Source: Bdellovibrionota bacterium
Lineage (GTDB): Bacteria > Bdellovibrionota_C > UBA2361 > JBIKWN01
DNA: 64,000 nt
Direction: 5' to 3'
NCBI GenBank assembly: GCA_044356295.1
Contig: JBIKWN010000001.1
Span: 107,352 to 171,351, forward strand
In this document: positions 12,001 to 21,670 of the stretch, one piece after another
How the letters are laid out: each line of letters begins with the position of its first letter
Position numbering within the stretch: the stretch's first letter is position 1
Notes under the pieces: model-generated
The model's database searches: none
The model's input: the letters and a program-made list of their open reading frames with translations, nothing else
What the model was told of the DNA's origin: nothing
Program-made: the position numbers and the translations under genes

Positions 12001-14350
12001 TAAGTTGTGTGAAAAAAGTATATGCATCATCGACAGACATCGAAAGATATTCGTCAACGTTTTTTCCTTTATAAAAAATGTTAAGAACTGAAGGTTGGAA
12101 TCTCTTTCCGAGGCATGATTCACAAGGAACATAGACATCACTTAAAAACTGCATGTCCTCTCTAATAAAGCCGGCTCCTTCACAGCTGGTACACCGTCCA
12201 GCGTTAACATTAAAGCTAAAACTAGATTTGCTAAATCCTAGTGCCTGGGCTTCTTCGGTGCTTGCAAGGAGGTCTCGAATGACGTCCCAAATTTTTGTGT
12301 ATGTAGCAATATTGGCACGAGGCGTTTTTGCAAGTGGACTTTGATCCACAAAGATAAGCTCATCAATTTTTGAAAATCCTGCACTCTTTTCGAAACCAAA
12401 AGCTGAGTCAATGATACCTTTATGGAGCTTCCATGCATTTAAGATTACTTCATGAGCAAGGGTGCTTTTCCCGGAACCACTAACTCCCGTTAAGCAGGTG
12501 AGGGTCTTTAGAGGGATTTGAACATTACATGATTTTAAGTTTCGGGCCGAAGCTTTAAAAATAGAGATTGAATCATTTAGATTAACTTTTTCAGTAGCGT
12601 TGATTCGTTTTGCTATCTGAACACCTTTCCATTTGGAAGCAGGGCCATTAAAAATAACATCACCACCAAATGTTCCAGCCTTTGGACCAATCTCAATAAT
12701 ATGATCAGCTTCAGTAATCACATCCGGATCATGCTCTACGACTAAAAGAGAATTTCCCTTTTGAGTCAGATTTTTCATGGCTCTTGTCAATCTTTCAGAA
12801 TCTCTTGCATGAAGCCCAATTGAAGGTTCATCAAGTACAAATTGAGTTGAAGTAAGCTCACTTCCAAGGGCAGTTGCTAAGTTAACACGTTGGGTTTCTC
12901 CACCAGAAAGGGTTTTTGCTTGTCTGTCCAACGTAAGATACGGCAGACCAAGGTTTTCAAGATACTGAAGCCTGCCAACGAGATTTTCAAAAGGACTTTG
13001 TAAAGCTTGATAAAGTGCTTTATTTTTTTTTGCTTCAATTTGAAGCTCTTTAATCCAAGATAGAAGTCTTCCAATCGGAAGGGACCAGATTTCGCCGATA
13101 TGTTTATTATTCACTCGAAATGCCAAAGCCTGAGCTTTTAGTCTTGAGCCACTGCAAGATGAGCAAACTTTTTGCTCTCGGTACCGAGATAAGAAAACTC
13201 GTACATGCATCTTATAAGTTTTTTTCTCAAGCCATTGGAACCAATGATCTACCCCCCAAAAGTCTTTCTCTTTGGTTTCAAAAATTTTTCTTTTTTGAAT
13301 GTCGGATAAGTTTTTCCACGGAATATCTGTGGCAATCCCTTCACGTTTAGCAAAAGTAAGTAGGCTTTTAAATTCCCATTCAGCTGATGGTCCTGACCAA
13401 CAAGCTATAGCATGTTCTTCGAGTGTTTTTGAAACATCAGGAACTACTTTTGATTCAGAGATTGATAGAGTAAATCCAAATCCTTTACAAAGTTCGCATG
13501 CACCAATTGGATGGTTAAAAGAAAAAAGTGCTGTTTTAGGTACTTCAGCAGTGAAGTCATGTTTCTCGCACCGAAATGATTTCGAGAATATTTTTTTTAT
13601 AAAAGGCTTATCCTTTTCTGATTGTAAAAGAAGTGTTACTTCGTTTGGGTTTAATGAAAAACCCGCATCAAGAGATGTCTTTAACCGTGAAATTTGAACA
13701 GCGCCTGAAATGCGATCAAGGATAACTGTTATAGTGCTGATATTCTTAAAATCTTTTTTACTAATCTCGCTAAGCTGTATAACAAGGCCTGTATGAGGGT
13801 GAAGTATTCGGGAATATCCTAATGTTTTTAATCTATCTATTTCAAAATCAATAAATTTTTTGTTGCAGTGAACTTCAGCTGCGATAAGTATAGAAAAATT
13901 ATCTTTAATAAGATCTTGGATTTGTGCTGCTATAGTAGCGCTATTCCAACGCACTAACCCTTCATCACAAACAGGGCAATGAGGAATAGCAAGAGATCCC
14001 CAAATTACTTTCAAATAATCATTACTATTAGTAAGTGAACCAACAGTTGATCTGGCGCTGGTAATTCTCGTTCTTTGCTGAATAGAAATCGCAGGGCGAA
14101 CATTTTCTAACTTTTCAACAAGTGGCTTTTTTACCTTATCAAAAAATTGTCGTGTATACGGTGAAAAAGTTTCAATATATCTGCGTTGACCTTCAGCATA
14201 GACCGTATCAAAGGCGAGTGATGATTTACCGGATCCAGACAGACCAGTAATCACTGTTAATTCGTCATGAGGAATCTCAAGAGAGATGTTCTTTAAGTTA
14301 TTCTCTTGAGCACCAATAATTTTTAGAGATTCTTTGTGCTTACCATTCAT
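9002..14350 (-). CDS. uvrA: Excinuclease ABC subunit A, double-length (two fused UvrA units)
   Basis: 1782 aa; four Walker A motifs (G(L/V)SGSGKS) and four LSGGE..R signatures; AEGQRRY twice; CxxC zinc motifs. Confidence 0.96.
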   Translation of the reverse strand: MNGKHKESLKIIGAQENNLKNISLEIPHDELTVITGLSGSGKSSLAFDTVYAEGQRRYIETFSPYTRQFFDKVKKPLVEKLENVRPAISIQQRTRITSARSTVGSLTNSNDYLKVIWGSLAIPHCPVCDEGLVRWNSATIAAQIQDLIKDNFSILIAAEVHCNKKFIDFEIDRLKTLGYSRILHPHTGLVIQLSEISKKDFKNISTITVILDRISGAVQISRLKTSLDAGFSLNPNEVTLLLQSEKDKPFIKKIFSKSFRCEKHDFTAEVPKTALFSFNHPIGACELCKGFGFTLSISESKVVPDVSKTLEEHAIACWSGPSAEWEFKSLLTFAKREGIATDIPWKNLSDIQKRKIFETKEKDFWGVDHWFQWLEKKTYKMHVRVFLSRYREQKVCSSCSGSRLKAQALAFRVNNKHIGEIWSLPIGRLLSWIKELQIEAKKNKALYQALQSPFENLVGRLQYLENLGLPYLTLDRQAKTLSGGETQRVNLATALGSELTSTQFVLDEPSIGLHARDSERLTRAMKNLTQKGNSLLVVEHDPDVITEADHIIEIGPKAGTFGGDVIFNGPASKWKGVQIAKRINATEKVNLNDSISIFKASARNLKSCNVQIPLKTLTCLTGVSGSGKSTLAHEVILNAWKLHKGIIDSAFGFEKSAGFSKIDELIFVDQSPLAKTPRANIATYTKIWDVIRDLLASTEEAQALGFSKSSFSFNVNAGRCTSCEGAGFIREDMQFLSDVYVPCESCLGKRFQPSVLNIFYKGKNVDEYLSMSVDDAYTFFTQLNNKSVSATLLVLQKLGLGACRLGHPLSELSGGEAQRLKLVPYLSENSSKHYLFIFDEPTSGLHVHDVENFIRLLRELISRGNSVLCIEHNLSVIQNADWIIDLGPEGGEEGGHLLFQGTLPELLKEKKNETANHLSTYISSCGNTIRAKAKNPQKTTDVTKTSELEIKGAREHNLKNISVSIPVDKVVAITGVSGSGKSTLAKDIIFAEGQRRYLDCLSPYARQFIKELKKPDIDSIRNVRPTICVYQHTFQPSALSTVATMSEVYNFLRLLYAKTGTQYCPDHPDQEIAPLSAQEIATKIMNRKDATIRLLSPVIIKKKGSHQAVFIRAIESEILEVRVDSVLGKTSHFAEGLTKSKVHSIDFVIAKFNPKTINKEVLVETIETALTLGGGSIIILSDSGKEEILSSKRACPVCETGFFKVDPEDLSFNSKRGRCAECDGFGHDEKQVVCTSCQGARIQAIGRNIRIFGKNIFESSSLTPRELLVFLDKISQTLTKMNQALAEPVIIELRSKLLSLCELGLDYISLSRSCRTLSGGELQRLRLATAMGSPLSGVMYIFDEPSAGLHPLDNRLVLKKLRTLNYNNNAVILIEHDIESIKSADHIIDIGPMAGIHGGEIVFQGPVTSYTDRTTPTGAALALPLQIAEVVKKKTPELKVKNANCHTIKNLSTTLPLKQLVTIGGVSGSGKSTLIHEIINYTLREGKNKKNTISSERGEITFDENIDKIVYLDQKPIGSTSRSTPASYLGVWDEIRKVFASTLEARAQGWNQGHFSYNAGKGRCSECKGAGVITLEMNFLADAKVECESCSGTRYGSDIQIVRYGGLTISEVLSLTFEEAKSKFSNHKKIHQSLKIACDLGLGYLTLGQSSVTLSGGEAQRLKIVSELSGNPRGHVLYILDEPTLGLHRSDVFRLINSLRALVERGSSVFVIEHDMDMIAAADFFLEMGPGAGQNGGNVISAGTPFKTAQGKTPWGSLLKNAKTLHSEGNESFSSHPCSTNS

Positions 14351-15739
14351 TTATTTGCCCATCATACCACGGAATGCTGATTCTAGCGTGGGAGATGTAA
14401 ATGCAAAATTAGATTCAAGAAGTTTTTTTGGAATTATTCTTTGAGAAGAAAGAATTGTTTCATCAGCCATTTGACCAAAGACAAGCCTTAGAAACAAAGG
14501 TGGAACAGGGAAAAGGCAAGGACGCCTCAGTACCGTTGAGAGAGTTCTGCTGAACTCTAAATTGGTTGTTGCTTTTGGCAAACAGAAATTGAAAGCACCA
14601 CTTACTTCTTGGCTAGCAGCTAAATGATACAGTCCATAGATGACATCATCTTTTGAAATACAGCTCATGAAGCGTTGCCCTTTTCCGATTGGGCCACCAA
14701 TACCTAATTGGAAGGGAAGAAGAAGTTTTTTTAAAGCACCACCATCAGGCGAAAGAATTATTCCAAATCTTGCATGGCAAACCCGAATACCGATTTTATT
14801 AAGGGGCGTTGAAGCCTCTTCCCATTGTCTTACTACGTCGGCCAGAAAACCTTCTCCTTGCGGAGAGCTCTCATCAACTTCAATTTTTGTGTCAGTTCCA
14901 TAAAAACCAGAACCAGACGCCGAAATAAAAGTTTTAGGTTTGTTTTTTAACTTCGAAATGCATTCCACTAAAAAAGAAGTTGTTTCAACTCGAGAACGTA
15001 GGATCGTATCTTTCACTAAAGTACTCCACCGTTTTGCAACAGATTCTCCAGAAAGATGGATAATATGATCAAAGCCCTCTAACGAATCAGGACTTATGAT
15101 TTTTTTATAAGGATTCCATGGAATTCTTTTAACAGCATCGGGGATACCTTCATCATTTCCTCGAGAAAGGATAGAGACCGAATGTCCAGCAGTTAACAGA
15201 AATGCAACAAGACTCTTGCCGAGAAACCCACTTGCACCTGATATCAGAAAATTTTGTTGCGTTTGAAAACTTCCCTTGTATTTTTCAATAACAGAAAGAT
15301 CTTGTAGGGTTATGTGGTGTCGGTATTTAAAAAGCCTTTCTAATTTTTTTCTAAAAATCCAACCAAACAATGGTTCTGACAATATTGGAAATGGCAGTGA
15401 AAACGATAACTCATCTTTAAGAATAGAAGTATGTGAGCTTACTCCTTCAAAGACATGTTGATGCTTCCAAGATTTAAAAGGACCGTTAACTTGATGGTCT
15501 TCGAATTTTTTATTTTCTATATATCCTTTATGGGTAAGATTCCAACGAATTCCGATTTTTCCGAAAACTGGAACCTTAATGACGACTGTTGCTCCGTCTC
15601 GAATGCCCCCTGAGTGAGAAACTAATTCAACTGGCTCAAAAGGGGGATTTAGTCTGAGAAACGCACCAGGACGCTCATGCCAAGCAAAAAGATCTTCAAC
15701 TGGAATAGGAAATTCTTTTTGAAAGGTAAGTGTAATCAA
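14351..15739 (-). CDS. TIGR01777-family SDR/epimerase with N-terminal SRPBCC-like domain
   Basis: FAWHERPGAF..L.PP and F.D.Q..GPF..W.H.H N-domain; ISGASGFLG, HLSGE, SASGSGFYG, RFGIILS. Confidence 0.85.
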   Translation of the reverse strand: MITLTFQKEFPIPVEDLFAWHERPGAFLRLNPPFEPVELVSHSGGIRDGATVVIKVPVFGKIGIRWNLTHKGYIENKKFEDHQVNGPFKSWKHQHVFEGVSSHTSILKDELSFSLPFPILSEPLFGWIFRKKLERLFKYRHHITLQDLSVIEKYKGSFQTQQNFLISGASGFLGKSLVAFLLTAGHSVSILSRGNDEGIPDAVKRIPWNPYKKIISPDSLEGFDHIIHLSGESVAKRWSTLVKDTILRSRVETTSFLVECISKLKNKPKTFISASGSGFYGTDTKIEVDESSPQGEGFLADVVRQWEEASTPLNKIGIRVCHARFGIILSPDGGALKKLLLPFQLGIGGPIGKGQRFMSCISKDDVIYGLYHLAASQEVSGAFNFCLPKATTNLEFSRTLSTVLRRPCLFPVPPLFLRLVFGQMADETILSSQRIIPKKLLESNFAFTSPTLESAFRGMMGK

Positions 15740-16167
15740 CCAAAGACCTCTTTGGCGACAGTAGCTGCAAGCTTTCCATCATACTGACCATTATGTGAAT
15801 CTTTTAAGCTCTTCATAGCTCCACCTTGATTGATAGTAGCGTCATTTGCTTTCAGTGAAGCAAAGAAAGAGCTTAACTCTTCTTTTGTCATTTGTTTTGG
15901 AAGAAACGATTCAAGAACAGAGATCTCAATAAGAAGTTTTTCTAAAAGTTCTGGTCTGTTTCCCTTCTCTGCAAATTCAATCTCTTCCTTTCTTTTTTTT
16001 AGCTCTCGTTGAAGAATTGCCATAACATCAGTAATGCTTGCATCGGATATTCCTTTTTGCATTTCATCATACTGAATTTCACTTAAGACCCCTCGAATTG
16101 TTGAAAGCTTAACAGCATCCTTTGCTTTCATTGCTTCTTTCATTTCGGTTTTTAATCTTTCTTTCAT
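15736..16167 (-). CDS. yqeY: GatB/YqeY domain protein
   Basis: LK.EMKEAMKAKD, KKRKE.IE, FLPKQM. Confidence 0.9.
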   Translation of the reverse strand: MKERLKTEMKEAMKAKDAVKLSTIRGVLSEIQYDEMQKGISDASITDVMAILQRELKKRKEEIEFAEKGNRPELLEKLLIEISVLESFLPKQMTKEELSSFFASLKANDATINQGGAMKSLKDSHNGQYDGKLAATVAKEVFG

Positions 16168-16172
16168 ACGAC

Positions 16173-16580
16173 CTATATTTTTTTGAATTCTTTTAAAAAT
16201 TTTTCTAATTTAGCAGTGGTTTCGGCGCTTACAAGATGTTCAATCTTACATGCATCAATCTCGGCTTGACCTGGGCTCACACGAAGTACCTTTTCAAAAA
16301 ATTCTTTTACTAACTCGTTTCTGACCACAATTGCTTTTGCAAGCCGCTCGCCTTCGGATGATAAGATCAGAAATTTATTATCATCTTCAACAATAAATCC
16401 TTTTTGTTTCAAACTTTTGAGGTTTGTAGAAGCACTACCAGTTGTGATGTTTAACTCTTTAGCAACGTCAGTAACTCGGGCATAGCCACGCTTTGCACGA
16501 AGATCCATTATGGCTAATAGATGATGAGCAGCACTGTGTGTGATGTCGTTTTCTTCAAATTGCTTCCAAACGTCTTCCAT
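16173..16580 (-). CDS. DtxR/MntR-family metal-dependent transcriptional regulator
   Basis: ARVTDVAKELNIT.GSAS..LK.L winged HTH; A..DACKIEH.VS metal site. Confidence 0.9.
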   Translation of the reverse strand: MEDVWKQFEENDITHSAAHHLLAIMDLRAKRGYARVTDVAKELNITTGSASTNLKSLKQKGFIVEDDNKFLILSSEGERLAKAIVVRNELVKEFFEKVLRVSPGQAEIDACKIEHLVSAETTAKLEKFLKEFKKI

Positions 16581-16623
16581 AATTTATGCTATCTAACTAA
16601 AAGCATATTGTAGATGCAAAGAA

Positions 16624-16635
16624 TTGATATATCAA
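16624..16635. promoter_or_regulatory. 12-bp perfect palindrome TTGATATATCAA, candidate operator
   Basis: Lies in the divergent promoter region between the DtxR-family gene and sco-cox. Confidence 0.4.
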
Positions 16636-16716
16636 GCAAATGCTCTGCTGCTATTTTTGGCAATGTAAAATAAGCTGTGATAGGCTACTTGGTGTCATTT
16701 TTATCGATTTTAAACT

Positions 16717-17559
16717 GTGAATAACTTACAGATAAGCCCCAAAAAACTTAATATTATCATTAAGTTAGTCTTATTTTTGGTCTGTCTATTACCTGTTGGC
16801 TACACGAAATTTGCATTTTCTGAAGTAGATCCAGCCGAAGCCATTAAAAATAAAGAGATAGGCTTTGAAACAGCTCTAGGTACCAAGCTAGATACTCAGA
16901 TACCTTTTACAGATGAAGATGGAAATCAGACATCTTTATCCTCTTTATTGAAACCAGCACAGCCAACTCTTTTTGTACCTATGTACTTTAGCTGCCCAAG
17001 GCTTTGTGGGCTTCTTATGAATGGCTTCATAGAGCTTATTAGGAAACTTGACCTTAAGCAGGGCTCTGAATACAACGTTGTTACTTTAAGTTTTGACCCA
17101 ACTGAAGACTCAAAGTTAGCTAAAGATAAGCAACAAACAGTTCTAAAAGAAATTGATAGGTCAGACATTACTCCTAAAAGTTGGAGGTTTTTGACTGGTA
17201 AAGAGGAAAATATCAAGAAACTCCTTGATCAAGCAGGCTATAAATATAAGTTTGCAGAAGGGGAATACCTTCATTCCTCTGGTTTCTTTATATTGACCTC
17301 TGAGGGAGAAATCTCACAATATTTCACCGGAATAGATTTTTCTGCTTGGGATGTAAGACTTGCTATGGTTGAAGCATCTAAGGGTGGGATAGGAAGTGCT
17401 GTTGATCATATTTTGTTGTATTGCTACGACTTTGATCCTTCAAAGGGTAAATATACATTAACTGCATTTAATGTTCTGCGTTTCGGGACTCTTTTTGCTG
17501 TTATTCTTTTCTTCATTGTTGCCGTTAAGCTGTCAAGAAGGGTCGTCAAAAACAATTGA
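16717..17559 (+). CDS. SCO-family copper chaperone
   Basis: YFSCPRLC (CxxxC), SFDP, W.FLTG, conserved His; first gene of cox cluster; start uncertain. Confidence 0.9.
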   Translation: MNNLQISPKKLNIIIKLVLFLVCLLPVGYTKFAFSEVDPAEAIKNKEIGFETALGTKLDTQIPFTDEDGNQTSLSSLLKPAQPTLFVPMYFSCPRLCGLLMNGFIELIRKLDLKQGSEYNVVTLSFDPTEDSKLAKDKQQTVLKEIDRSDITPKSWRFLTGKEENIKKLLDQAGYKYKFAEGEYLHSSGFFILTSEGEISQYFTGIDFSAWDVRLAMVEASKGGIGSAVDHILLYCYDFDPSKGKYTLTAFNVLRFGTLFAVILFFIVAVKLSRRVVKNN

Positions 17560-17607
17560 TACATCTATAATAGTCGCTAAATAAACTCAAAGGATTACTA
17601 AGTAAAC

Positions 17608-18918
17608 ATGTTTCGTTTTTTACCTGAACAAGCCTCAAGTGTCGCCAGCGAAGTTGATTGGTTGCATAACATCATTACAGACCTCTCGGTGTTCTTTACC
17701 GTGGCAATCGTCGGCACGATGCTCTACTTTGCATTTAAGTATCGCGCTAAAAATGGAGTTGATCACGCAACACCTAGAATCGAAGGTAGCCATTTTCTAG
17801 AGCTTGTTTGGACAATCGTTCCAACTCTTATATGTGTATTTGTTGGTACTTATGGAATTCTCATATTTAAAGACATGCGAACTGTTGGAGAAAATCCAGT
17901 TGTTATTAACGTTACCGGAAAAAAATGGAACTGGACGTTCCAATATGAAAATGGAAAACAAATTGTTAGTGAAGCTGTAATCCCTGTAAACAGACCAGTT
18001 AAGTTTGTACTCACATCGAAAGATGTTTTGCATAGCTTCTTTGTTCCTGCAATGAGAGTGAAGAGTGATGCCATACCTCATCGCTATACGTATGTAACTT
18101 TTAATCCGATTAAAACTGGTGAGTATCAAATTTTTTGTACAGAGTACTGCGGCACAAGTCACTCAGATATGTTAGCGAAACTTCGAGTAGTTCCAGAGGA
18201 TGAATATACTCGTTGGTTAAATGATCAATCAGATAAAATTAAATTTAATCCTGCTGAACTCGGTGCACAGCTCTATAATCAACAAGGGTGCGCTGCTTGT
18301 CACTCAGTAGATGGCTCAAAAAGAGTAGGTCCATCATTCCAAAAAATTTATGGCCGAGATGGAACCTATGATAATGGAAAGCCGTATAAAGCTGATGATG
18401 ATTACTTACAGGAATCAATTCTTTATCCAAATACTCATATTGTTGATGGCTATGCTGCCAATCAGATGCCAGCATTTAAGGGTATCCTTAGTGATGAACA
18501 GATAGCAGCAATTATTGCTTGGATGAGAACACTCGATGGTTCTCAAGCAACTCAAGCAGCAGCTCCAGCGCCGCAGTTTCAATTTGCAAAACTTCTTAAC
18601 GGCGATGATCCTTCGAAGCAATCACCAGCTGAAAGAGGTAAAGCAATCTACCAAGCAAAAGCTTGTATTGGTTGTCACAGCTTAGATGGCTCACAAGTTG
18701 TTGGGCCAACATGGAAGGGGCTTTACGGTTTAACCAATCACAAGATGTCAGATGGTACTTCAGTAACTGCTGATGATTCGTATCTCAAAGAATCAATCTT
18801 AAATCCTACGGCTAAAATAGTTGAAGGATTCCAAGCAGGGGTGATGCCTTCTTACCAAGGGCAGCTTTCTGATGCAGAAATAGCTGACGTCATTGAATTC
18901 ATGAAGACTATTAAATAG
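17608..18918 (+). CDS. coxB: Cytochrome c oxidase subunit II with two C-terminal cytochrome c domains
   Basis: DVLHSF, CuA motif CTEYCGTSHSDM; CAACH and CIGCH haem-c motifs. Confidence 0.95.
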   Translation: MFRFLPEQASSVASEVDWLHNIITDLSVFFTVAIVGTMLYFAFKYRAKNGVDHATPRIEGSHFLELVWTIVPTLICVFVGTYGILIFKDMRTVGENPVVINVTGKKWNWTFQYENGKQIVSEAVIPVNRPVKFVLTSKDVLHSFFVPAMRVKSDAIPHRYTYVTFNPIKTGEYQIFCTEYCGTSHSDMLAKLRVVPEDEYTRWLNDQSDKIKFNPAELGAQLYNQQGCAACHSVDGSKRVGPSFQKIYGRDGTYDNGKPYKADDDYLQESILYPNTHIVDGYAANQMPAFKGILSDEQIAAIIAWMRTLDGSQATQAAAPAPQFQFAKLLNGDDPSKQSPAERGKAIYQAKACIGCHSLDGSQVVGPTWKGLYGLTNHKMSDGTSVTADDSYLKESILNPTAKIVEGFQAGVMPSYQGQLSDAEIADVIEFMKTIK

Positions 18919-18928
18919 AGGATATTGT

Positions 18929-20593
18929 ATGAGCGAAGCAGTACATGCTGATGGAACAAATTATTTAAATTGCGAAAAGGGACTTTGGTCTTGGTTGACT
19001 ACTGTTGATCACAAGCGAATTGGCTTGATGTATCTTTATGCAATCACACTTTTCTTTTTTGTTGGAGGGCTCGCAGCTCTTGCTATACGTGTTGAGCTTT
19101 TTCAAAGTGGTCCAACTTTTCTTCATCTTCTTACAGGTGGTGATTTAGTAAAGGCAAAGAATCTCTATAATATTCTTTTCACTCTTCATGGAGTGATAAT
19201 GATCTTCCTATTTATTGTTCCGGGTATCCCTGCAGTAATGGGTAACTGGCTTCTCCCAGTTATGATTGGAGCAAAAGATGTTGCATTCCCACGATTAAAT
19301 CTTTTGAGCTATTACATTTACCTTCTTGGTGCCCTTATTGCCCTGATTTCGCTTCTAAGTCCTATTGATACTGGTTGGACTTTTTATGCTCCTTATTCTC
19401 TGCAAACAAGTTCAGCAGTTGTAATGATGACCTTTGCTGCTTTTGTATTAGGGTTTTCATCAATCCTTACAGGACTTAATTTTATCGTAACAGTACATAA
19501 GCTTCGTTGCCCTGGAATGACTTGGGGTAAACTTCCTGTCTTTGTTTGGGCTGTTTATTCAACATCCATTATTCAAACACTTGCAACGCCCGTTGTCGGA
19601 ATGACACTTGTTCTTTTAATTATTGAAAGAGTTGTAGGGATAGGAATTTTCGATCCAGCCAAGGGCGGAGATCCAGTATTTTATGAACATATGTTTTGGT
19701 TTTACTCTCACCCTGTTGTTTACATCATGGTGCTTCCTGCTTTTGGAGTAATAGGAGAGATAATCCCAGTTTTTTCAAGAAAACCAATCTTTGGATATAA
19801 AGCAGTTGTTGCGGCATCCCTTGGGATCGCTGCAGTAAGTTTCATTGTATGGGCTCACCATATGCTTGTTGCTGGTATCTCTGATACTTCAGGAAAGCTT
19901 TTCTCAATTATAACTTTTGCAGTTGCAATCCCAACTGCAGTTAAGGTTTTTAACTGGGTAAGTACAATGTATAGAGGATCGATAAAGCTTGATACTCCGA
20001 TGCTTTATGCTATGGCATTTGTGTTTCTTTTTATGGTTGCCGGTACCACAGGGATTTATCTTGCAACTCTTGCCGTCGATGTGTTTTATCACGATACCTA
20101 TTTTGTTGTTGCTCACTTCCACTACACTATTCAAGGTGGAGCTGTAATTGGACTAGTAGCAGCACTTCATTTTTGGTTCCCGAAAATGTTTGGCACTATG
20201 TACAACATCACAATCTCGAAAATCGCGTTTTGGTTGATCTTTATTGGATTTAACGGAACGTTTCTTCCGCAGTTTGTTGCTGGAATGCAGGGAATGCCCC
20301 GACGATATTATGATTATCCTGTTGAATTTGAAATTTGGCATAGCATCTCGACAGTCTTTGCATTTTTAAATGCTGCTGGATACTTTTTAGCGCTAGCAAA
20401 CCTTTTCTATGCAATGGCATTTAGTAAAAATAAAGCTAGTGACAATCCTTGGAATTCACTTGGTTTAGAATGGAAGATGGCGACACCTCCTCCAACAGAG
20501 AATTTTCCAGTTACTCCAGTTATCCCTGAAAATGAATGGTCATATGGATACGGAGATGAATTGCCAGGTAAAGCTACAAAAGGAGCTCATTAA
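18929..20593 (+). CDS. coxA: Cytochrome c oxidase subunit I (A2 type)
   Basis: DHKRIG, TLHG, WFYSHPVVY (YS motif), WAHHM, VAHFHY, GMPRR. Confidence 0.97.
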   Translation: MSEAVHADGTNYLNCEKGLWSWLTTVDHKRIGLMYLYAITLFFFVGGLAALAIRVELFQSGPTFLHLLTGGDLVKAKNLYNILFTLHGVIMIFLFIVPGIPAVMGNWLLPVMIGAKDVAFPRLNLLSYYIYLLGALIALISLLSPIDTGWTFYAPYSLQTSSAVVMMTFAAFVLGFSSILTGLNFIVTVHKLRCPGMTWGKLPVFVWAVYSTSIIQTLATPVVGMTLVLLIIERVVGIGIFDPAKGGDPVFYEHMFWFYSHPVVYIMVLPAFGVIGEIIPVFSRKPIFGYKAVVAASLGIAAVSFIVWAHHMLVAGISDTSGKLFSIITFAVAIPTAVKVFNWVSTMYRGSIKLDTPMLYAMAFVFLFMVAGTTGIYLATLAVDVFYHDTYFVVAHFHYTIQGGAVIGLVAALHFWFPKMFGTMYNITISKIAFWLIFIGFNGTFLPQFVAGMQGMPRRYYDYPVEFEIWHSISTVFAFLNAAGYFLALANLFYAMAFSKNKASDNPWNSLGLEWKMATPPPTENFPVTPVIPENEWSYGYGDELPGKATKGAH

Positions 20594-20596
20594 ATT

Positions 20597-21256
20597 ATGA
20601 ATAGTGCACACGCTGAAGTTGTAAAACCTGGTGAACCGCCACATGCGCATCATTGGGATCCTGTAAATGCGTATCATGGCTCAAAATTAGCCATGTGGCT
20701 TTTTCTTGCTACAGAGATTCTTCTTTTTGCAGTTATTCTTGGTGGATTTTTTCTTTTTCGTTGGGAATATTTTCAAGAGTTTAAAGCCGCTTCACACCAA
20801 TTGAATTGGAAATTTGGTGCAGTCAACACTGCCGTACTTCTTTTTAGCAGTTATACAGCTGTTCTTGGAGTTGATGCAGCGCAACACGGCGATAACAAGG
20901 GAATTATTAAATACTTTGGTACTTCTATCTTATGTGGTTTTGGATTCCTTGGAATTAAATCTGTTGAGTACGGTTCAAAGTTTTCACACGGAGTATTTCC
21001 ATGGACACAATCGATTATACATGATGGTCACGAAGAAAAGTTCGGGAATTTCTTTGGATTCTATTACTGCTTAACAGGTCTTCATGGTTTACACGTTATT
21101 ATCGGAATGAGCTTGCTGGCTTGGATGTGTTTAAAGGCCAGAAAGAATCGCTTCTCAGCACACTACTATACCCCAGTTGAAAACGTTGCTCTTTATTGGC
21201 ACTTAGTCGATCTTATCTGGATTTATCTATTCCCAATGCTTTATTTTATACATTGA
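20597..21256 (+). CDS. coxC: Cytochrome c oxidase subunit III
   Basis: MWLFLATE, NT.VLL.SS, TGLHGLHV, LYWHLVD.IW. Confidence 0.95.
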   Translation: MNSAHAEVVKPGEPPHAHHWDPVNAYHGSKLAMWLFLATEILLFAVILGGFFLFRWEYFQEFKAASHQLNWKFGAVNTAVLLFSSYTAVLGVDAAQHGDNKGIIKYFGTSILCGFGFLGIKSVEYGSKFSHGVFPWTQSIIHDGHEEKFGNFFGFYYCLTGLHGLHVIIGMSLLAWMCLKARKNRFSAHYYTPVENVALYWHLVDLIWIYLFPMLYFIH

Positions 21257-21291
21257 TTTAACCAAGACTTTACGTAATCGAGTAATACATT

Positions 21292-21639
21292 ATGAGTCAT
21301 CATTCACACGACGCACATCACGGAGAGCTTGGACATATTGTTCCTAGAGATGTTTATTTAAAAGTTTTCCTTGCACTTCTTGTTCTGACGGTCATTACCG
21401 TTGGAGTAGCACATATTGATATCAGCCCTGGTTGGAATCTTGTCCTTGCTCTTTTTGTTGCAACTATCAAGGCAGTCTTAGTACTTCTTATTTTTATGCA
21501 TCTAAAATATGAAGATAAAGTTATATGGGCATATGTTGCATTTCCGATAATTCTTGTTTTTATTCTAATCGGCGGAGTGTATTCCGATAATCCACTCAGA
21601 GTTCATACCGAACCAATGCAAGTAAAAATGCAAAAATAA
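21292..21639 (+). CDS. coxD: Cytochrome c oxidase subunit IV
   Basis: Three TM helices, KA.LV...FMHLKY; operon position. Confidence 0.9.
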   Translation: MSHHSHDAHHGELGHIVPRDVYLKVFLALLVLTVITVGVAHIDISPGWNLVLALFVATIKAVLVLLIFMHLKYEDKVIWAYVAFPIILVFILIGGVYSDNPLRVHTEPMQVKMQK

Positions 21640-21670
21640 AAAACGGCGAAGGTAGATACTCCTTCGCCGT
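21632..21670 (-). terminator. Intrinsic terminator, U-tract on the minus strand (may also serve the cox operon)
   Basis: 10-bp stem ACGGCGAAGG/CCTTCGCCGT (21643-21670) with adjacent A-run 21632-21643. Confidence 0.75.

Noticed and set aside
16624..16635. FNR box upstream of cox
   Set aside because: Half-sites are spaced by 2 nt, whereas FNR requires TTGAT-N4-ATCAA
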